Assembly (NCBI GenBank): GCA_038087875.1 | Contig: CM075988.1 | Location: 11,348,001-11,412,000 of the forward strand | Direction of reading: 5' to 3' | From: Malacoraja senta | Lineage: Eukaryota | Length of the DNA: 64,000 nt | In this document: positions 48,601 to 60,790 of the stretch, one piece after another | Position numbering within the stretch: position 1 is the stretch's first letter | Layout: every line of letters begins with the position of its first letter | The notes under the pieces: generated by a model | The model's input: the letters and a program-made list of their open reading frames with translations, nothing else | What the model was told of the DNA's origin: nothing | The model's database searches: none | Translations under genes and position numbers: made by a program

Positions 48601-51091
48601 GCACATACCAATTCAATGAGCAAAGCCCACAACTGAGGAGGAAGTGGAGAAGGCACATGATAGAAGGTTTCTGCTCTAAGATCTTTGGTTAGCACGGTGT
48701 TTAAAAAACAGGGTCCATCAAAGTAAAAATAAAATTAGAGATGCGAGATATCAAGAATAAAAACTGAAGATCAAGCTGCATCTGTGAGAAGAGGTAGAGG
48801 GGAGAAGGGTAATGAGGAAAGAGAGGGAGAGCGAGAGAGGGAGAGGACGAGGAGAGAGGAAGAGAAGGAGATGGAGAGAAACACACACATTTATGTTCAA
48901 TAACCTTTTATTGGCTCTGTTGATATGCTGAGCATCTGCAGAATGTATAGATGAATGCAGTGCAAGTCTAGTTATATAGTATGAAGACATGCTTATCTTA
49001 CAACATGCCCCATATCCATCCTAAGACAAGTTGGTTGAGATTCCCTGTGATTTGATGCATGTTTGGTCAAAAACAACAGCAGTCTTATGCTGGGTAGACT
49101 CTGATGGAATATCTGGATTGATACAAAATTATCCATGCCATAAGCCACTGACTTCCTTGGCCATTATCTCCCCAGTGTGGCTTTAGTATGTTTAGATTCC
49201 AGGCTGCTTTGCACTGAGGAGTTTTCAGAGGCCTGGATAAAATGCTTGGCAGTGCTAAGTACTGCAGTTACAGAATCTAACATTTTCAAGCTTATACCTT
49301 ATTGTTGAGGCAGATTTTCCTCACTATCAATATCGTATTAATAGCAATAGGCTCCAAAGGATCCAAATGAACACTGAACGGAGATTAAGTTTTGAGGCAG
49401 GGACCAAATAGAGCAGGGAGGGTTTGCTATTGCTGACTGGCCAAAGAAATTAAATGGTCATTCTCCTGCCTTATTACAAAATGTGTACTGATCCAGAACA
49501 AAAGAAAGTCCCATTTTATGGTTGCAAATGAATACTCACAAGCAATGTGCTGGTGTGTAATCTGTTCATTTCACAGTGATTAAAGCTGGTGCTTTAAAAA
49601 AAAAAATCAGTGTTCGGTTTTAGTCTTCCTCAATTTTATTTACTCGGCATCATTTTGATTTTTCTTTGTGAATCTTCATTTACATTAACATTCTTTTCAT
49701 TTTGAATCAGATTTAGTTTTCGGAATGAGTGGCATCCCATGCAAATGTTTTTTTTTATAACGAAGGCAGTTTTTTACCAGGCATTCTGCATTGCCACGGA
49801 ACCATGAATCAAAAGGCACAGCTCTGCCAGTCACCGGTCTCGTTCAGATCACAATTCTTAAACATCCGTACATTACTTCACACATCTCAGCTTGGCTCCA
49901 AAGTTATTCCAATGAAAAGGTTGTCAGGAGCTTCTTATTCCAATATTGGAAAATCATTGACAGTTTGCTGCAGGGAGAAACTTTAAATACATCGTAGATT
50001 ATGACTCATGGTGGTAAATGACGGCAAATTGCAATTTACAAGTTGTGCGAGCAAACGCAAAGATCTGAAATTACTCATGATTATTTTTTGCTGTATCTTT
50101 AAATACTCACTGCTGCAATGTTTTCATGGGGTGAAGGGCATGTGGTTGGATTCCCCAAAATTTCTCTCTGGAGAAATGGCTCTCAGAATCTGTACCAGGT
50201 TAGACCAGGCACAGAATTGCTAACCCAGTAAATTCAAACAGAAGCATGAATAACACCAATAAATATGGAGACCTGATGTTGGTGTAGACTTGATGGGCCT
50301 GAGGGTCTATTTCTGTTCTGTAAGTTTCTATGAAAATAAATATAAAGATTAGCTTCCTTTATTTTTAATTAATGGTGGTTTGTTTAATATTTAAAAAAAA
50401 TATTTAATGTTGTTTATTTAAAATGTTTTAACGATTATTACATTTAAAACAAATCCATTATTAATTTTTAATAGGCCACAGATATTTCTGAATACAATTC
50501 ATTTTAAAATTCCACGTTGAAACTTGTTCTATTACACATCTCATATCAAGCAAAGTTAAATATAACTTGTATTTTAAGTTTCTCAGTGCCCCACTTCATG
50601 TTTACATGTGGCCCCAGTAGTTTAATTGGGTCCCCCATCAAAATGGATAAATTGGCTTTGAGCAAGTGTGCACCAGCACGAGCTTATGTTTCATCCGAAA
50701 AGCTTCTCATAACGTGATTACACAGTTTCCAATAGAAGCAGTGTGAGTTTCAAACTTCCTCTCTGCAGAGCCCATGCAGAAGGGTGCTGGCTCTGAATAA
50801 TTAAAGCAAGGCCAATGTCCCCCTCTACCACAGTTAGTTCCTTCAAAATAAAACAATGCTTATGGAACGCATAGCAGAAGTAATCCAGCCTATAGGTTTT
50901 TCAGAAACTGCTACCACACGTGGAAATGTATATTTCAGGGACTGACGACAGTGAAAGACAAAATATCTGGATAGTACCCCGGGTTGGCAGTGATGGATGT
51001 GACTGAAGGCAGTAGCTGAGGCTACAAACAATAGAAAAGTAAAGCAATTCATGAACAGAAGAAATGTTATTGTTAATCTTGCATTATAGTT

Positions 51092-51388
51092 AAGCAGTGG
51101 CGCAGCTGATAGTTCTGGTGTCTCACAGCACCAGAGCCTTGGGGTTGATCCTGATCTCTGGTGCTGTCTGTGTGGAGTTTGCACGTTCTCCAGGCAATCT
51201 GGTTTCCTCCAAGATCCCAAAGACGTGCATGATTGCAGGTTAATTTGTCTCTGAAAATTGTTGCTAGTGTGAGGGGAGTGGATGAGAAAGTGGGATATCA
51301 GAATGCCAGTGTGATTGATGGTTGGTGTGGACTCCATGTGTTAAAGGTCCTGTTTCGATTCTGTGTCTCTAAACTAATCTAAACTAAT
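51092..51388 (+). mobile_element. V-SINE (older subfamily)
   Basis: gcagtggcgcagctgatag head, gtgtggagtttgcacgttctcc V-domain, (actaa) tail. Confidence 0.85.
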
Positions 51389-51999
51389 CTGATGTTTTGA
51401 AGAAGAGTAGCAGATAGAGCAGGAAATTATAGACCAATTCCTTGAATGAAAAATGCTGGTGCTTGTAGAAGACACTATCGGTTTTCACTGAAGGAGCACA
51501 AACAGTGAACAGAGTCATAATTCTCAATAAATGGAAAAAAGGTCTATCCATTGGGAAGCCATTAGCTGATGCCAGAAATAATGATTTCATGCACTGTGGT
51601 CTGGTTAATTCACACTATTCTTCAATGACACAGAGGAGAATATTATTGCAATATAATAATATTTGTTAGAAATGTGGCTCGATGGCAAATATAGGAATAA
51701 TAGCTGCATTTAAGAGCTGAACTAATTCAGCAGATGGTATGAAATATAAATGCATTTTAATGGAGATAAATGCATATTGAAACAGAGACTGCAGATGCGT
51801 GCATGATGAAAATAAATTATTTTGGGACCAGACAGTGAAAAGAGGAATTAGCCAAATGCCTTCACATTGAAATACACTGTCAAGTGTGGGTCGGGTTCCA
51901 TTAATAACCATGTAAACAGCTGTCACTGCTCTGATATTCTACTGACACTTCTAGGATCGGGAGGGCCATCCAAAGTTTTCATTCTGATTTAAAAAAAAA

Positions 52000-52492
52000 T
52001 ACCGCACAGCCTCCGCCAGTGAGGCACGAGTGCGGCACGGCCGCCGCCACAGCTGCCGCCAGTGTGGCTCGAGCGCCGTGCGTCGAACTTGCACCGCCAC
52101 AGCCTCCGCCAGTGAGGCACGTGTGCGGCACGGCCGCCGCCACAGCCACCGCTACAGTGCCGCGATTAAGACGGCCGCCGCCACAGCTGCCGCTAGTGAG
52201 TCACGTGTGCGGCACGGCCGCCGCCACAGCCACCGCTACAGCGCCGCGATCAGGACGGCCGCCGCCACAGCCCCGCAGATCCAAAATGACGTCATCGCAG
52301 TCGGCCCACCCTTTTTTTTTACTTACCGCAAGCACGTGGGACCAGCCGTATTTAAATCACTCGGCCCCCGCGCAGCATCCGTGCGGCGCTCCCGTGGCAT
52401 AGGCTCGGCGCTCTCGCCGTTGCCGTGCGGTCCACTCTACAGGCGAAGCCGCGCTTCACCGCCGATGACCGCAACACCGTAAGACAGAGCCT
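52000..52492. mobile_element. One-ended Harbinger-like MITE remnant with a GC-rich minisatellite
   Basis: Ends ...ACCGTAAGACAGAGCCT|TTA inside a SINE head; 41-50-bp repeat units at 52006-52270; no left TIR found. Confidence 0.55.
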
Positions 52493-52766
52493 TTACAACA
52501 CTTGCAGCGCAGGAGACCCGAGTCTGATCCTGATTACGGGTGCTGTCTGTACCGAGTTTGTACGTTCTCCACGTGACTGAGTGGGTTTTCTCCGAGATCT
52601 TCGGTTTTCTCCCACACAATCCAAAGACGTACAGGTTTGTAGGTTAATTGGCTTGGTATAAAAGTAAAATTGTCCCTAGTGTGTGTAGGATAGTGTTAAG
52701 CTGCGGGGATCGCTGGTCGGTGCGGGCTCGGTGGGCCGAAGGGCCTGTTTCTAAACTAAACTAAAC
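52493..52766 (+). mobile_element. HE1-type V-SINE lacking its 5' head
   Basis: Begins ttacaacacttgcagcgcaggagaccc; V-domain; (actaa)n tail. Confidence 0.9.
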
Positions 52767-52906
52767 TGTCAATTATCTGCAGTGTTTGTGTTATCACCGA
52801 CAACTCAGTATTTGCACCATTTCAGGATTTATCATTGAATCCAGTGGAGTCTCATAGCATACACTGAAGCTGCTGCCTTCATATATCCAACCCCTAAGCT
52901 TTACGC

Positions 52907-53090
52907 CAGTGGTTCTTAACCTATTTGGCACCAGTACGCGCATACGCAAACACAATACTGTATGTGGTATGTACCTTTGTTAGGTTCCTAAACATGGGCT
53001 CAACAAATTGATATGTTATTTGTGTCCCCTTCATGACCCCCGGCAAACGATCCCCATAGGGGGTCACGATCCCCAGGTTAAGAACCACTG
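52907..53090. mobile_element. hAT (Charlie-like) MITE, 184 bp
   Basis: 16-bp perfect TIR CAGTGGTTCTTAACCT; 8-bp TSD CTTTACGC / CTTTACAC. Confidence 0.9.
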
Positions 53091-53414
53091 CTTTACACCA
53101 ACCAGAGCTAATTCAATAGTTCAGATCCCATTCTTGCATAAAGAGATATCACCAAAGTTTATCTTTCTTCCTCACTGTAAATTTAATTTAATGGTTTTTT
53201 TTTAAACTTTTTTTTAGATTTTTACTTTTTTATATTGCAATAATGTTATATCACCTAAAATACAAGTATAATGCATGCACAGAACATAAAAACTCACCTT
53301 CCCTTTCACTTGGAATTGTTTCAACTTGTATGGCTGGCAAAAACAAGGGCAGCTCTCCTTTCATGAGCAAGGTGGACTCCAACAATGACATACCTAGTCC
53401 TCTTTCTATGTGCT

Positions 53415-54395
53415 TAGATACATAGATACATAGAAAATAGGTGCAGGAGTAGGCCATTCGGCCCTTCGAGCCTGCACCGCCATTCAATATGATCATGGCT
53501 GATCATCCAACTCAGTATCCCGTACCTGCCTTCTCTCCATACCCCCTGATCCCTTTAGCCACAAGGGCCACATCTAACTCCCTCTTAAATATAGCAAATG
53601 AACTGGCCTCAACTACCCTCTGTGGCAGAGAGTTCCAGAGATTCACCACTCTCTGTGTGAACAAGTTTTTCCTCATCTCGGTCTTAAAGGATTTCCCCCT
53701 TATCCTTAAGCTGTGACCCCTTGTCCTGGACTTCCCCAACATCGGGAACAATCTTCCTGCATCTAGCCTGTCCTACCCCATAAGAATTTTGTACGTTTCT
53801 ATAAGATCCCCTCTCAATCTCCTAAATTCTAGCGAGTATAAGCCAAGTCTATCCAGTCTTTCTTCATATGAAAGTCCTGACATCCCAGGAATCAGTCTGG
53901 TGAACCTTCTCTGCACTCCCTCTATGGCTATAATGTCCTTCCTCAGATTTGGAGACCAAAACTGTACGCAATACTCCAGGTGTGGTCTCACCAAGACCCT
54001 GTACAACTGCAGTAGAACCTCCCTGCTCCTATACTCAAATCCTTTTGCTATGAAAGCTAACATACCATTTGCTTTCTTCACTGTCTGCTGCACCTGCATG
54101 CCTACTTTCAATGACTGGTGTACCATGACACCCAGGTCTCGCTGCATCTCCCCATTTCCTAATCGGCCACCATTTAGATAATAGTCTGCTTTCCTGTTTT
54201 TGCCACCAAAGTGGATAACGTCACATTTATCCACATTATACTGCATCTGCCAAACATTTGCCCACTCACCCAGCCTATCCAAGTCACCTTGCAGTCTCCT
54301 AGCATCCTCCTCACAGCTAACACTGCCCCCCAGCTTAGTGTCATCTGCAAACTTGGAGATGTTGCCTTCAATTCCCTCATCCAGATCATTAATAT
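53415..54395 (-). mobile_element. 5'-truncated CR1 LINE, same young subfamily as 36250-37905
   Basis: Near-identical sequence; ORFs 53773..54282 and 53512..53751 separated by a single stop. Confidence 0.97.
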
Positions 54396-54399
54396 TGTT

Positions 54400-54806
54400 C
54401 AGTTCTCAGCCCATTGGATTGGCAATCCATCAACCCCAGGCATTTATTCCATTCACTGCCATCAGTCAGTGTGTATCACTTACAAAATATACGAGTTAAT
54501 CACCCAGGGTAATCCAACAGTACCTAGTCCCACACCCATGATCTTTATTGCCAGAAAGGAGCTAGACAGCAATCACATGGTCACACCATCGCCTGTAGGT
54601 TCCCATCGAAGTTGCAAACCATCCTGACTATGGGCATTTATCGTGTTATTCGTCATTGTTGGTTCTAAGTCCAGGTGATGCCACCCCCAACAGTACTGTG
54701 GGACTCCCCTCTCCAGAAAGGCTCTCTTCCGCCTTCCCAGGGGTAGTTGGGGATGGGCAATAAACGTTGGGCTTGCCAGTGATACATTGATCCCAAAATG
54801 AATTTT
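54400..54806 (+). mobile_element. Decayed CR1-group LINE 3' end (same family as 41060-41765)
   Basis: ggggatgggcaataaacgttgggcttgccagtgatacattgatcccaaaatgaat terminus. Confidence 0.6.
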
Positions 54807-55299
54807 GAACAATATCACAATGTGGAATCTGCCCGTAAGCAGTTGTGGTGCCCAGATGTAGCTCCTTGGCTCATTCTCCAAAAAGACTAGTTGATGAATA
54901 CATGCTGAGCTTCCCACAGTGCCCATTATATATATATATATATATATAATAAGAAACCTGAATCCCTAATGTAACTTGTTGGTGTTGTTTGGTGGTGAGG
55001 GATTGAGGTGTGCTGTACGGAGCAATGTATGAGTGCATGAATGCACAGATGGTCTTTATTTATGATTTATTGTCTTGGGTCCGTGTGCGGTCATTAAAAC
55101 TTAACCTGCACTGGGACCATGCCTTCAGGAACCACTTTATCTACTTACCTTCCAGCTACTTTGTTCCTTCTGTATCACTTCCTGAAACCTCTGTAGCTTC
55201 CAAGACCACCAATTATGATATTAATTTGTAAATGTTGTTATAGTCAGTGTTATAGCTACTTCCTCTGGCAGAGAAAGATACAAAATGCTGAAGTAACTC

Positions 55300-57507
55300 A
55301 TGCAGCATCTCTGGAGAACATGGATAGGTGACATGTCGGGTCAGAACCCTTCCTCAGATCAAAAAATATTAGCGAAAACATTAGCCAGAAGATTAAGTAA
55401 ATACATTAGTAAATTAATAAACCCAGATCAGACAGGGTTTATCCCTAAGAGATACTCTTCTAATAATATGAGACGTCTACTCAACATAATGCACTCACAC
55501 AAATCTGAAGATCAAGAATTATCAATTATTTCGCTGGATGCTGAAAAAGCATTTGATCAAGTAGAATGGAATTATATGGATAAAGTATTACAAAAATTTC
55601 AACTGGGAGAGAATTTTATTTTATGGATTAAGTTACTATATAACAAACCTACAGCTAGAATACTTACTAATAACATATTATCCTCGAAATTTCAACTATC
55701 AAGGGGAAATAGACAAGGATGCTCATTATCACCACAGCTGTTTGCTCTCATTATTGAACCGCTAGCAGAAAAAATTAGAATACACCCTGACATTCATGGA
55801 TATAATACTAAAGACTCATATAATAAAATATCTTTATACGCGGATGATATATTATTGTATATTACAAAACCTCAAATCACTATACCAAATATATTAAATT
55901 TAATTGAAGACTTCGGATCTTTTTCTGGATATAGAATAAATTGGAATAAAAGTGAAATTATGTCAATAAAACCGAAAGATTCAACACATCTTTTAAAATT
56001 CCCTTTTAAAATAGCTACAGAAAAATTTAAATATTTGGGAATCGAAATTACCAGAGCATATCAAGGTATGCTCAGGGCAAATTTTGACCCCCTACTTAAT
56101 AAACTGAATACATTAATTAAATTCTGGAAAACGCTTCCGATGTCTTTAATAGGCCGAATAAACGCAATAAAAATGATCTTTTTACCACAAATTTTATACC
56201 TATTTCAATCAATTCCTATATACTTACCTAAGAAGTTTTTTAAAAAACTCGACTCAGATATCACTAATTTTATATGGGACTATAAATCACATAGAATACA
56301 AAAAACCCATCTGAATAAATCTAAAGTATTGGGGGGTCTAGCACTACCCAATTTTATGTATTATTATTGGTCAGTAAATATTAAAAACATGATTCAACTG
56401 ATGGATAACTCCGCCCAGCAAGTAGACTGGATTGTAATGGAGAAAGAGGTTTGCTCCTCTAGAAACATTGGAGCGATCCTCCTCTCTCCAATGAAATTGA
56501 ATAACATAAACTATAATAAGAACCCAATTATTCATAGTACAATCCGTATTTGGAAACAAATAAAACAAAATTTAAAATTAAGAAACTTATCACTTTTATT
56601 ACCTATAGTCAATAACCCTTCGTTTAGTCCTTCTATTATAGATAAAGCTTATACACAATGGGATAGACTAGGAATTAAAACGCTTGGTGACTTGTATGAA
56701 ACTGGAAAATTACTTTCATTTCAACAATTACAAATAAAATATAAACTCGGAAATAATCAATATTTTAAATACTTTCAAATATGCGACTATTTGAAAAAAT
56801 ATATAAAAGATCATCATAATAACCCAGCAGATGTACTGGACGAGGCAATGCAGATAAAAGCGGAATCAGCAAACTTAATATCATATTTGTACAATATTAT
56901 CTTAAATGTACAAATACCATCTACGGAGGGTATCAGAAGAGACTGGGAACAAGAGTTAGCTATTAAAATTTCAAAGGAAAGTTGGAATGAATACTTATTA
57001 AAAGTACATAAATGCTCGATTAATGTAAGACACACTTTAATACAATTTAAAATTTTACATAGATTATATTATTCGAAAACTAAAATTCATAAAATTTTCC
57101 CAAACGTATCATCTATTTGTGATAAATGTCAATCCCAAGAAGCAACTATAGCGCACTCATTTGTCTTCTGTACAAAAATTCAAAAATTTTGGAATGAAAT
57201 TTTTGAAATCTTTACAAAGTTATTTAAAACAAGACTGATACCCAAAGCAGAATGGATTATCTTCGGAATAACGGAAGATGATCCAGAACTAAATGTGTTT
57301 CAAAAGAAATTAATGGATTATGGGTTAATAACTGGAAAAAAGCTAATTCTAAAATTTTGGAAGAAGGCTCCAATACCAACTATAAATATGTGGATTTCAA
57401 ATATGTTTGAAACACTACACCTTGAAGAGATAAGACTCCTCCTAGCAGGTAAACCAGATCACTTCCACCTGACGTGGTCTGCATTTATAGAATTATTACA
57501 AACATAG
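55300..57507 (+). CDS. L1 ORF2 reverse transcriptase plus C-terminal Cys-rich domain, endonuclease missing; first about 19 aa derive from the flank
   Basis: DQTGFI, SLDAEKAFD, RQGCSLSP, LYADD, FKYLGI, GGLALPNF, CDKC..EAT..HSF..C; uninterrupted 735 aa. Confidence 0.85.
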   Translation: MQHLWRTWIGDMSGQNPSSDQKILAKTLARRLSKYISKLINPDQTGFIPKRYSSNNMRRLLNIMHSHKSEDQELSIISLDAEKAFDQVEWNYMDKVLQKFQLGENFILWIKLLYNKPTARILTNNILSSKFQLSRGNRQGCSLSPQLFALIIEPLAEKIRIHPDIHGYNTKDSYNKISLYADDILLYITKPQITIPNILNLIEDFGSFSGYRINWNKSEIMSIKPKDSTHLLKFPFKIATEKFKYLGIEITRAYQGMLRANFDPLLNKLNTLIKFWKTLPMSLIGRINAIKMIFLPQILYLFQSIPIYLPKKFFKKLDSDITNFIWDYKSHRIQKTHLNKSKVLGGLALPNFMYYYWSVNIKNMIQLMDNSAQQVDWIVMEKEVCSSRNIGAILLSPMKLNNINYNKNPIIHSTIRIWKQIKQNLKLRNLSLLLPIVNNPSFSPSIIDKAYTQWDRLGIKTLGDLYETGKLLSFQQLQIKYKLGNNQYFKYFQICDYLKKYIKDHHNNPADVLDEAMQIKAESANLISYLYNIILNVQIPSTEGIRRDWEQELAIKISKESWNEYLLKVHKCSINVRHTLIQFKILHRLYYSKTKIHKIFPNVSSICDKCQSQEATIAHSFVFCTKIQKFWNEIFEIFTKLFKTRLIPKAEWIIFGITEDDPELNVFQKKLMDYGLITGKKLILKFWKKAPIPTINMWISNMFETLHLEEIRLLLAGKPDHFHLTWSAFIELLQT

Positions 57508-57914
57508 GGTGCAAAAGTACTTTAAAAAAATAAAAAATTGAGGTCGGGTAAGGGGGGATGATAGTTGAAGAGTTGGTATGTCCTATTTACGTGATGCTCA
57601 AAAAAAAACATTTGTTTTTCTTTTTTTCTCTTTCTCTTTTCTTTTCTTAGGGCCTATTTCTTAACTCTTTTTCTTTTTGTTTTTAATTTCGCTCTCATAG
57701 GGTCTTCGTCCTTTTTTGTTGTTACATTTTCTACACTTTTCTACACTTACACTTTTTCCTTCACTTTCTTCTCTCTTTCAATCTTTTCTTTCTTTAGTGT
57801 AAAAAAATAAATAAAGGGAGTACATTAATTGTAAGAAGATATAAATGACGAGTATTAATGTATGTGGCTGTGATGTAATGTACTTCTAATAAATAAAAAT
57901 TAAAAAAAAAAAAA
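55359..57914 (+). mobile_element. 5'-truncated young L1 LINE with poly(A) tail and 16-bp TSD
   Basis: TSD AGAACCCTTCCTCAGA at 55343-55358 and 57915-57930; AATAAA and A-tail. Confidence 0.97.
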
Positions 57915-58429
57915 AGAACCCTTCCTCAGACCTTAAGACCTTTTTCAGTCCTTCAGATCTTCTTCAGTCCTTACCCAAAACATCGCCTGTCTATGTTTTC
58001 CAGAGTTGCTGCCTGACCTGTTGAGTTACTCCAGTATGTATCTTTCTTTAGTATAAACCAGCACCTGCAGTTGCTTATTACCTCATCTGACAACTCGTTC
58101 CATGTATTCACTGTCAACTTTGTTTGAAGAAATATGAAGTACACATTTAGCTGGGAATGTGTAGCTGTTATATTGTTTTGGTTTCCCATCTGTGTTCCCA
58201 AACTATAAAATCTCTTCAATATGATTTAATGATCACCTTCCCTTCACATGTTGAGGCATTTGTTAGATTAGGTTCAAACTGCACTGGATACTTGAAATGA
58301 TTCACAATTACTGTGCCATTATATGAGAAAGAATATGATTGGCAATGGCCAAATCCTCACATTGATTCCCCCAAAGTCCAAAAATCTAAGCCCTCAGAAT
58401 ATGCAACAAAATATCATTATTAACAAAGC

Positions 58430-58830
58430 TGTCTGTGATATGGAATTCCAAAGATTCACATCCTTTTGAAAAAATAAATTATTCTATCCCTTAAATCTGT
58501 ATCCCTTCAATCAGAAAATATGAGCACAAGTTCTAGTTCCCCAGCCAGGGAAAGATCTACACAGCCTCTACCTTCCCAAGCTTCCTGAGAATCTTATTTG
58601 CCTGAAATGAGATTTTACCTTTCATTCTCAACTCCCTGGAGCAAAAGTGTAATCTTTTCTGATCCCAGGGATCAATCGAGTGAATGTTCTCGGCATCGTC
58701 CTAAGGCATGTTCTTCCCCATACTAGAAGATTAAGACTACAAAATCAAAGGTAGTCTCATCAAAACCTGACAAAAATGCATCAGGACCACTACTTTCCTA
58801 CTCCAATCCTCCAGTTGCCTTAGTAATCGC
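58430..58830 (-). mobile_element. Decayed CR1
   Basis: ggaattccaaagattcaca (NLWNS antisense); gatcccagggatcaatcgagtgaat (RFTRLIPG antisense). Confidence 0.65.
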
Positions 58831-58918
58831 CACATGCTAATTGTCCCAGTCTTGTATGAGGATATTTATTGAGGTGCCCTAATATATCTTGAAGTTCTCC
58901 ACCATGAATATCATATGC

Positions 58919-59068
<150 letters not shown>

Positions 59069-60484
59069 TGCCTGTGCTGTAGACTTCCTCTGAAAACCAT
59101 TCCATTGATACGAGTTGAAACTGAGTTTTGAAGACAATGTATGGCAACGTTTGTGGCATTGTGAGGATGAATTCTCATATGATGCCATTTATATGTAAAT
59201 TAAAACAGTGAATGCAGGCAATAATCTTCAGATCAGACAATATCTGTGGAGAGAGAAGTAGAGTTAACTCCGCTGTGTATTTCCAGCATTCACGATTATC
59301 ATTCCGGCAATTGCAGTTTTTTTTGATAGAAGTAAATTCTCTGTTTACCCCACACTGAAAACTTTGTGGACCAATAACATTTGATTTTATTTTGCTCAGA
59401 CCACAAACTATAACGCTATATTTTGAGATCTTTATATTCAGAATCAAATATACTTTGTTAATGAAGATGACCGTGCTGTTGAAAATCCAAATGAAAGCTG
59501 TAATATGCTTTAATGTTGCATAAAAGAGAAGCGATCGTGGTGTAGCTCGGATAAGCAGCTCTGGAATTGTGGCTACAAAGGTGTTACTGATCCCCACTTG
59601 AGAAATTAGAATGCATTAGATTTTTCCTTACAAGGTTATATTTGTGTAAAATGCAAAATATATGTGGTCATGTGAGACTAAAGATAAAGATTAACTACAA
59701 GCCCCAGATGCTGGAATTTGAAAGGAGACATTTACATACAGGCAGTAAGGAATTTAAGGTGTTCAGTTTAAGGTGGAGACTTTCTACAAGATTGATGAAA
59801 GGTTCCTCCTGAACTGAGAAGCGTCCACCTTCAGTAGCTGGCAAGCCTGAGAAGCATTTCCAATATTTTCTGCTTTTCATATTGAACGCAATCATTCATT
59901 TCGACATTAAAATGTCACCCATGTTGATATATGCCACTCTTAAGAAAGAAATCCAGCTTAATCTTTAAATGGGTTTGCAATCTTTCGCGCTCTTGCAAAT
60001 GATAAACATCGTTCTGAACGTTTGTTGGCGATTCATGCTGTATTGACGCCTGAGTAGAATTTTAAATGCGGTGGGCTAGAAATTCTATCTTGCATCAAAA
60101 TGGTGCAAGATAGAAACTGTGTCACTTTCATCTGCACCTATTGAGGAGCTAATTTTTTGAGTGCAAGGTATGAAAGGCATTTTGCAACTACCCTGCCTGA
60201 TTCACAAGGCTTGAGCCCACTTGCACAAGGCAACCATCTGTAATTTGGGGAGTCATGGGCAAAGTGTATGCTTACCAGCTTAATATATCCCCAGCCCCCA
60301 CGCACCCCACCCACCACCATCCTACCATGTTGTGGCAATGGTTCACAATAGGAATAATGGAAGTAGTGGGACGTCTTCTGGTAATAGAAGCATTAATGGA
60401 GCAAACACCCTGAACAGCTGGTATTTTCTGAGCATAACATCACATGCGCCCTATGAATTCCCCCACAATGCCAGTTATGACTGT

Positions 60485-60790
60485 TTTAGTTTAGTTTAGA
60501 AATATAATGTGGAAACAGGCCCTTCGACCCACTGAGTCTAGTGATCCCCGCACACTAATACTATCCTACACACATAAGGGACTATTTACAATTTTACCGA
60601 AGGCAATTAGTCTACACACTTGTACATCTTTGGAGTGTGGGAGGAAACCGAAGCACCCGGAGAAAAGCACTCCCACGCATGTCACTTGGACAACGTAGAA
60701 ACTCCGTACAGACAGCACCCGTAGTCAGGATCGAACTCGGGTCTGGCGCTGTAAGGCAGTAACTCTATTGCTGTGCCACTGTGCTGCCCT
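60485..60790 (-). mobile_element. HE1-type V-SINE
   Basis: (tttag)n tail...gtagtcaggatcgaactcgggtctggcgctgtaaggcag...gtgccactgtgctgcc. Confidence 0.9.

Larger units (their letters stand above)
55272..58078. mobile_element. Palindromic Penelope pLTR remnant split by an L1 insertion
   Basis: Left arm caaaatgctgaagtaactca..ctctggagaacatggataggtgac; right arm catcgcctgtctatgttttccagag..gagttactccag. Confidence 0.75.

Noticed and set aside
52006..52270. Repeat-spacer look-alike (constant cgccgccacagc with variable intervening sequence) suggesting CRISPR
   Set aside because: The intervening segments are themselves repeats of each other, the context is vertebrate and there are no cas genes; it is a minisatellite.
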